Assembly (NCBI GenBank): GCA_963717585.1
Contig: CAVQWI010000004.1
Location: 16,299 to 80,298 of the forward strand
DNA length: 64,000 nt
Direction of reading: 5' to 3'
Source of the DNA: an uncultured Actinomycetota bacterium
Lineage (GTDB): Bacteria; Actinomycetota; Actinomycetes; Actinomycetales; Microbacteriaceae
Shown here: positions 58,837 to 64,000 of the stretch, in pieces
Layout: each line of letters begins with the position of its first letter
Numbering within the stretch: the first letter of the stretch is position 1
Position numbers and translations under genes: made by a program
Notes under the pieces: model-generated
Told to the model about the DNA's origin: nothing
The model's database searches: none
What the model saw: only the letters and a program-made list of their open reading frames with translations

Positions 58837-59322
58837 CTAGGCGCCGGCCGGCGGGTGGCGCAGAAGCTCGATGCGCTCATCGAGGTATGCGGCGAGCGGG
58901 ATATAGCCTGCGGACGCGCTCCACCGCACGCTCGGAGTGCCCTCGAGCATCGCCAAAGGCTCCGATGCCGTTCCCCGGTCGACCGCGTCGACATCGATCT
59001 CGCGCCAGCCGATGTGGACGACCTCGCCCTCGGCGATCCCGCCGCGTCTCGCGGCGGCGGCGAGCTCGGCGCGACGCCGCTGCGACTCGGCGGTGAACCC
59101 GCGGCGCACCTCCTCCCGGGCGCGGACGATGTCTCCTGTGGCGAGCACCGCCTCGTCGGTCAGCAGCAGCACGCCCAGGTGCCATGCCGCGCCGCGGCGG
59201 ACGATGCGCAACGACCTGCCGATGCCGAGCACCCGCCGGGGCTCGATGAGCTCTCCGAGCGCCTCCCGCGGCGCATCCCCCAGCCTGGTGCGGGCGGCCT
59301 CGATGAGGGAGGCGGTGCTCAC
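58837..59322 (-). CDS. Conserved hypothetical protein
   Basis: Overlaps the antiporter stop; AWHLGVLLL, YLDER; host-like codon usage. Confidence 0.65.
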   Translation of the reverse strand: MSTASLIEAARTRLGDAPREALGELIEPRRVLGIGRSLRIVRRGAAWHLGVLLLTDEAVLATGDIVRAREEVRRGFTAESQRRRAELAAAARRGGIAEGEVVHIGWREIDVDAVDRGTASEPLAMLEGTPSVRWSASAGYIPLAAYLDERIELLRHPPAGA

Positions 59323-60521
59323 GCCCGATCGTCCTCCAGCTGAACGGATGCCGCGACCGTCCGCTCGCCGCGGATGCTCATCGCGATGAGCGGGAACAGC
59401 AGAACCGACAGCATGCCCGCACCGACGAACACCGCTGCGTCGGCGCTGGTCAGGATGCCCTCATCCACGCCGATGCCGGTCACGGCGACGATGATCGGCA
59501 GACCGGTGGCTCCCAAGAGGGCGACCGCCAGTCGATCACGGCGGCTGGAGCCGATCGGGGACGCGAGCATCGAGGGGAGCCCCCGGATGAGGAACAGCGC
59601 GACGACCACGAGCGGGACCACGGCGAGCAGGATCGGGTCTTCGAGCAGGGCTGCCAGATCGAACGTCACCCCGGTGTAGATGAAGAAGATCGGCACGAGG
59701 AAGCCGAATGCGACGGCCTCGACCTTGCTCTCGACGACTTTGCGATCCGACTCCTTGGCATCCCGCATGATCAGGCGCCACACGATCCCCGCGGCGAACG
59801 CGCCGAGCAGCATGTCGAGATCGAGCACGATGCTCAGGGCGACCAGCGCAGAGAGGATGAGGAAGACCACGCGGATCGCGAACTGGCCCGACGTGTGCAG
59901 CGACGCGTTCACGGCGCGATGCATGGCGCCCTGCGGCATCCGGAACGCCAGCCAGATCGCAAGGCCGGCGACGACCCCGAAGATCACGAGCACGATGGTC
60001 TCGATGCCCGGGTTGCGGCCGCCGAGGAAGAGGGAGATGGCGATCAGCGGGCCGAACTCGCCGACCGCGCCGATCGCCCCGATCGCCTGGCCGAAGGGCG
60101 TCCGCAGCTCGCCGGCATCGCGGAGGATCGGCAGGATGGTTCCGAGGGCCGTGGAGCAGAGGGCGATGCCGATGACGATCGCGTCCTCCGGCGGGACGAA
60201 GAACCAGGTGAGCCCGACCCCGAGGCCCAGGCTCAGCAGCCAGCCGAGAACAGCGAGTCGCCCCGCGCGACCGCGGAACGCGGCGAATTCGATCTCCGAC
60301 CCGGCGACGAAGAACAGCATCGCCAAGCCGAACTCCGAGAGCGCCCCGACCAAGTCGGAGGGCATCGCCCAGCCCAGAAGCGACGGTCCGACGATGATGC
60401 CGAGCATGAGCTCGAACACGACGATCGGGATGCGGACCCATCGAGACAGGCTGCGGGCGAGAAGCGGAGCGAGCACGCCGAGCAGCGGGATGATCAGGAG
60501 CGTCGGCTCGAGCTGGTCCAC
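59319..60521 (-). CDS. Cation:proton antiporter (CPA2)
   Basis: GIIVGP, LFFVAGSE, LGAFAAG, PIFFIYTG. Confidence 0.92.
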   Translation of the reverse strand: MDQLEPTLLIIPLLGVLAPLLARSLSRWVRIPIVVFELMLGIIVGPSLLGWAMPSDLVGALSEFGLAMLFFVAGSEIEFAAFRGRAGRLAVLGWLLSLGLGVGLTWFFVPPEDAIVIGIALCSTALGTILPILRDAGELRTPFGQAIGAIGAVGEFGPLIAISLFLGGRNPGIETIVLVIFGVVAGLAIWLAFRMPQGAMHRAVNASLHTSGQFAIRVVFLILSALVALSIVLDLDMLLGAFAAGIVWRLIMRDAKESDRKVVESKVEAVAFGFLVPIFFIYTGVTFDLAALLEDPILLAVVPLVVVALFLIRGLPSMLASPIGSSRRDRLAVALLGATGLPIIVAVTGIGVDEGILTSADAAVFVGAGMLSVLLFPLIAMSIRGERTVAASVQLEDDRA

Positions 60522-60756
60522 GCCCTCACCGTATCGAGTGCAGCCCGTTCCGTGCGTGACGCATTCCCGGCATCAGCGCGGCACGAACCGATCGAGCCAC
60601 TGCGTCAGACCGGGCAGGGCGAGATAGGCGACCGTGCCGTGCGTGGCGAACGGAATGGTCTGGTGGCGACCACCCCGCTCGTCACGGCGAGCACGGCCGC
60701 TATGAAGACGGTCGCCCATCGGTGGCCCGATCTCAGGTGGCGGCCGCCAATGGCGG

Positions 60757-61623
60757 TCACTCACTGACCGCGTCCCGCGCCTTCTCCGCCTGCTTCTGGG
60801 CCGCCTTGGCCCGGGCGGCGGCATCCGTCCGCTCCTCGTCGAGGCGCGCGGTGTCGCGATCCGCCTTCTCCGCGTCGGCCTCGAGCCTGGCGAGCTCGGC
60901 GCGCAGATCGTCGATGCGCTCCCGCAGGTGGTCGCCCCGCTCACGGGACTTCGCGAGCTTGGCGTCGATGCGCGTCAGTTCGCGCTCCGCCTCCCCGGAG
61001 GCGCGTTCGGCCTCGCGCAGCGCCCGCTCCGCGGCCTTGCGCGCCCGTCGCTCGGCCAGGTCGTCGCGGCTGGGCGGCGGCGCATCCGGCACGCCGGGCA
61101 TGCTGCCTCCCACAGCCTCCGAGACGTCGACCGCGTCGAACCCGCTCGCCTCCAGGGCGCGCACGAGTCGCCCGGTCATGACCGCAGCTGCGGCTGCAGC
61201 ATCCATCACCGCCGCGTTGATGGTCTTCTCGACGTCCTCGCGGGCGGCCGGGCTGACTGTGACGCCGCGGTCTCGCGCGAGGCCGACGGCCTGTGTCGCC
61301 AGAGCGGTGACGAGCTGGCGGCGCTGGCGGCTCAGCCGGGATAGCTCGGCTGCGTCGAGATCGTCCTGCGCCTCGCGGAGCGCACTCGCGAGCTGGAGGG
61401 CTTCGGCGAGCTGGCCGTCCCGGGCGAGCAGATCGACGGCCCAGGCCGCCGCAGTCGGCTTGCGGAGGGCCTTGAGGCGAGCGGCGAGTGCGCGATCGGA
61501 TGCCGCTGCACGGGCGTTGCGCGCCTCCGTGAACTCCTCGGGCGGCAGCGCGTACAGTTCCGCCGCGATCGCGTCGAGCTGCGCAGCCGACTGCTCATCG
61601 GAGGATTCGTCGGAACGAGGCAC
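60757..61623 (-). CDS. Conserved hypothetical protein with coiled-coil C-terminus
   Basis: ELYALPPEEFT..R, LRKPT.AAW; Ala/Glu/Arg-rich heptads. Confidence 0.75.
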   Translation of the reverse strand: MPRSDESSDEQSAAQLDAIAAELYALPPEEFTEARNARAAASDRALAARLKALRKPTAAAWAVDLLARDGQLAEALQLASALREAQDDLDAAELSRLSRQRRQLVTALATQAVGLARDRGVTVSPAAREDVEKTINAAVMDAAAAAAVMTGRLVRALEASGFDAVDVSEAVGGSMPGVPDAPPPSRDDLAERRARKAAERALREAERASGEAERELTRIDAKLAKSRERGDHLRERIDDLRAELARLEADAEKADRDTARLDEERTDAAARAKAAQKQAEKARDAVSE

Positions 61624-61701
61624 GTGCCCATTCTGTCGGCACCACCGGCGCAACGCGAGATTCGGCCCGGCCAGGCGGTTCGACCGCCGGCGTCGGGCGC
61701 G

Positions 61702-62394
61702 CTAGACCGCGACCATCCGACCCGGCCCGGCGACCGGACCGTGCAGTTCGCGGTGGAGGCGCTGCATGCGCTCATCGAGCTCTGCCGCCGTTTCTGCGGC
61801 ATCCTTCAGGCTGACCAGCAGTTCCCCCGGAACTTGGCGGTCGTACTTGTAGTAGATCTTGTGCTCGAGGCTGGCCCAGAAGTCCATCGCGATCGTGCGG
61901 AACTGCACCTCGACAGGCACCGCGACCCGGCCGCTCGAGAGGAAGACCGGCACTTCGACGATCGCGTGCAGGCTCTTGTAGCCGTTCGCCTTCGGCTCGG
62001 CGATGTAGTCCTTGACGGCCACGACGGTGACGTCATCCTGGTGGGTGAGCAGATCGAACAGGCGGTACGCGTCGGTCGTGAAGCTGCAGGTGATGCGCAC
62101 ACCGGCGATGTCGGTGATCGCGGCGCGGATGGACGCGAAGTCCGACTCGATCCCCTTCCGCACGACCTTCTCGACCAGGCTGTCCGGCGATTTCACCCTG
62201 CTCGAGACGTGCTCGATCGGGTTGTAGTCGTGCATGTACTGGAACTCGTCGCGCAGGATCGCGACCTTGGTCTCGATCTCCTGCATGCCGAAGCGGTACT
62301 CGAGGAGGAACCGCTGCATCTCGTCGCGCATCGCGCGCAGCTGGGTGGTGGAGAACGTGACCTGGTCGTCGATGTCGTCGAGGGGCTGAGTCAT
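61702..62394 (-). CDS. Small alarmone synthetase (RelA/SpoT synthetase domain, GTP pyrophosphokinase family)
   Basis: RVKSPDS, DIAGVR, NGYKSLH, EVQFRTIAMDFWASLEH. Confidence 0.93.
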   Translation of the reverse strand: MTQPLDDIDDQVTFSTTQLRAMRDEMQRFLLEYRFGMQEIETKVAILRDEFQYMHDYNPIEHVSSRVKSPDSLVEKVVRKGIESDFASIRAAITDIAGVRITCSFTTDAYRLFDLLTHQDDVTVVAVKDYIAEPKANGYKSLHAIVEVPVFLSSGRVAVPVEVQFRTIAMDFWASLEHKIYYKYDRQVPGELLVSLKDAAETAAELDERMQRLHRELHGPVAGPGRMVAV

Positions 62395-62558
62395 GCTCTC
62401 GACGCTATGGGCCAGGGCTACGAGATCACTGTGAGCCCGGTCGGGGCTCGTCGTGACGGCACCCTTCGCGTGCGCCCGGCTCGCCTGTCGCAAGACGCCG
62501 CGGGGGACGCAGTTTGTGACAGGCGAGCGCGGTGGGTCGGCGGGCCCGGTGGATGCGG

Positions 62559-62658
62559 CGTGCACAACTCCTCCAATTTCGACGCAGCGTCGCAGGCAAC
62601 CTGCGGAAAATCGCGGATCGTCGCGTCGCCAGGGCACGATTTGGCGGAGTTGTGCACG
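62559..62658. repeat. 100-bp element with terminal inverted repeats (MITE/REP-like)
   Basis: CGTGCACAACTCC...GGAGTTGTGCACG perfect 13-bp inverted repeat. Confidence 0.75.
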
Positions 62659-62665
62659 CGCGCGG

Positions 62666-62790
62666 CGCTAGTCAGGCCGCGGCGGGCGCGGCGCGAGTCA
62701 GGCTGCCACGCGCGCGGCGCGACTCGCGGCGGGCGCGGCGCGAGTCACGAGGCTGCGACGGGCGCCGCGCGAGTCACGCCGCGGCGACGG
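62666..62790. repeat. Degenerate tandem copies of the sequence around the xylB stop codon
   Basis: GCGCGAGTCA-like units at about 62665, 62691, 62738 and 62767. Confidence 0.6.
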
Positions 62791-64000
62791 TCGCCGCCTG
62801 CCGTGCCGCGCCGAGGGCGACGTACTCCCCCGGTGCGGGGACCTCGACGGGCATGCCGAGCACGAGCGGCGCGACGGCCCGCACGGCCTCGGACTGCGCG
62901 CCGCCGCCGATCAGGAGCGCCCTCTCGAGCGGGACGCCCAGAGACCTCAGTGCCTCGAGTCCGGCGCCGAGCCCGGAGAGCATGCCCTCGACCGCCGCCC
63001 GCGCGAGATTCTCGCGGGTGGTGGAGGCGAGTGTCATCCCGGTGAGAGATGCCGTGGCATCGGGCAGGTTCGGCGTGCGCTCACCCTCGAAGTAGGGCAC
63101 GAGCGACAAGCCGCCGGCACCGGGCGCGGCGGCAAGGGCGAGACGACTCAGCTCGGCGTGATCGACGCCGAGCAGACCCGCGACCGCGTCGAGCACGCGG
63201 GCTGCGTTGAGCGTCGCGACCAGCGGCAGGAACCGGCCGGTGCAGTCCGCGAAGCCGGCGACCGTGCCGCTCGGGTCGATCGTGCGCTGCTCGCTCACCG
63301 CGAAGACGGTGCCGCTCGTGCCGATCGAGACCACGACATCTCCCGGTCCGGCGCCGAGCCCGAGTGCGGCCCCGGCGTTGTCGCCGGCTCCGCCTCCGAC
63401 GCGTCGGCCGGCCTCGTCCAGCACCCACTCGTCGGCGCCCAGCACCCGCGGAAGGATCGCGTCGTGTCCCAGGGCGGCGAGGAGCAGGTCGCGGTCGTAG
63501 CCGCCGCTCTCGGGGTCCCAATAGCCGGTGCCCGAGGCATCCGACCTGTCTGTGACCAGCTCGTCGAGCACCGGTCCGCGCGGCGACTCGCCCTCCGGGC
63601 CGAAGCCGCGCAGACGCCACGTGAGCCAGTCGTGCGGTAGCGCGACGGCAGCCACGCGTGCCGCGTTCTCGGGCTCGTGATCGCGCAGCCAACGCAGCTT
63701 GGTGATCGTGAAGGATGCGACCGGCACGAGGCCGGTCCGCTGCGCGAGGCTCTCGGCGCCGAACTCGGCGATGAGGTCCGAGGCGGCACCTGCGGACCGG
63801 GTGTCGTTCCACAGGAGCGCGGGACGGATGACGCGGCCGACGTCGTCGAGCACGACCATGCCGTGCTGCTGACCCCCGACCGCCCAGGCTGAGACGTCCG
63901 CCAAGCCACCGGCGGCGGCGATCGCGTCCTGCAACGCCGACCACCACGCGGCCGGATCGACCTCGGTGCCGTTCGGGTGGGACGCACGCCCTTCGCGCAC
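62774..64000 (-). CDS. xylB: Xylulokinase (FGGY family); 5' end outside the window
   Basis: [42 protein letters not shown]. Confidence 0.9.
   Translation of the reverse strand: MREGRASHPNGTEVDPAAWWSALQDAIAAAGGLADVSAWAVGGQQHGMVVLDDVGRVIRPALLWNDTRSAGAASDLIAEFGAESLAQRTGLVPVASFTITKLRWLRDHEPENAARVAAVALPHDWLTWRLRGFGPEGESPRGPVLDELVTDRSDASGTGYWDPESGGYDRDLLLAALGHDAILPRVLGADEWVLDEAGRRVGGGAGDNAGAALGLGAGPGDVVVSIGTSGTVFAVSEQRTIDPSGTVAGFADCTGRFLPLVATLNAARVLDAVAGLLGVDHAELSRLALAAAPGAGGLSLVPYFEGERTPNLPDATASLTGMTLASTTRENLARAAVEGMLSGLGAGLEALRSLGVPLERALLIGGGAQSEAVRAVAPLVLGMPVEVPAPGEYVALGAARQAATVAAA

Noticed and set aside
60757-61623. Transposase
   Set aside because: No DDE, HUH or serine recombinase motif, and no terminal repeats
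60757-62394. Small alarmone synthetase plus neighbour as a toxSAS toxin-antitoxin pair
   Set aside because: The synthetase looks like an ordinary RelP/RelQ-like housekeeping type, and the neighbour is separately spaced with no antitoxin features

Overview
High-GC (about 70%) actinobacterial chromosome segment; gene content, leaderless promoters and repeat types point to Microbacteriaceae, probably Microbacterium (inference). Most of it is housekeeping and catabolic: pxpA, a dipeptide ABC operon, an FtsX-type ABC exporter with a NarL-type two-component pair, a reductive pyrimidine catabolism cluster built around an LLM oxidoreductase, Lrp/DUF6421/SDR, threonine aldolase, an ABC-F protein, lhr-nei, PucR, a small alarmone synthetase and xylB. 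At least seven single-base frameshifts in otherwise intact genes suggest sequencing or assembly indels. The best candidate for an undescribed system is the minus-strand unit at 52.2-58.05 kb: ECF sigma factor, small protein, cytoplasmic S8 subtilase, TPR-CHAT caspase-like protease. The same bipartite motif (TGTATCAG-N15-CTC) lies upstream of the sigma gene and again downstream of the CHAT gene, where it points into an ORF-free structured region of about 140 nt that may be an sRNA. Also notable are a strongly over-represented 9-mer (GGATGCCGC) and a REP-like element sitting in frame inside a gene. No rRNA, tRNA, CRISPR array or intact transposase was recognised. All calls were made by eye, without database searches.
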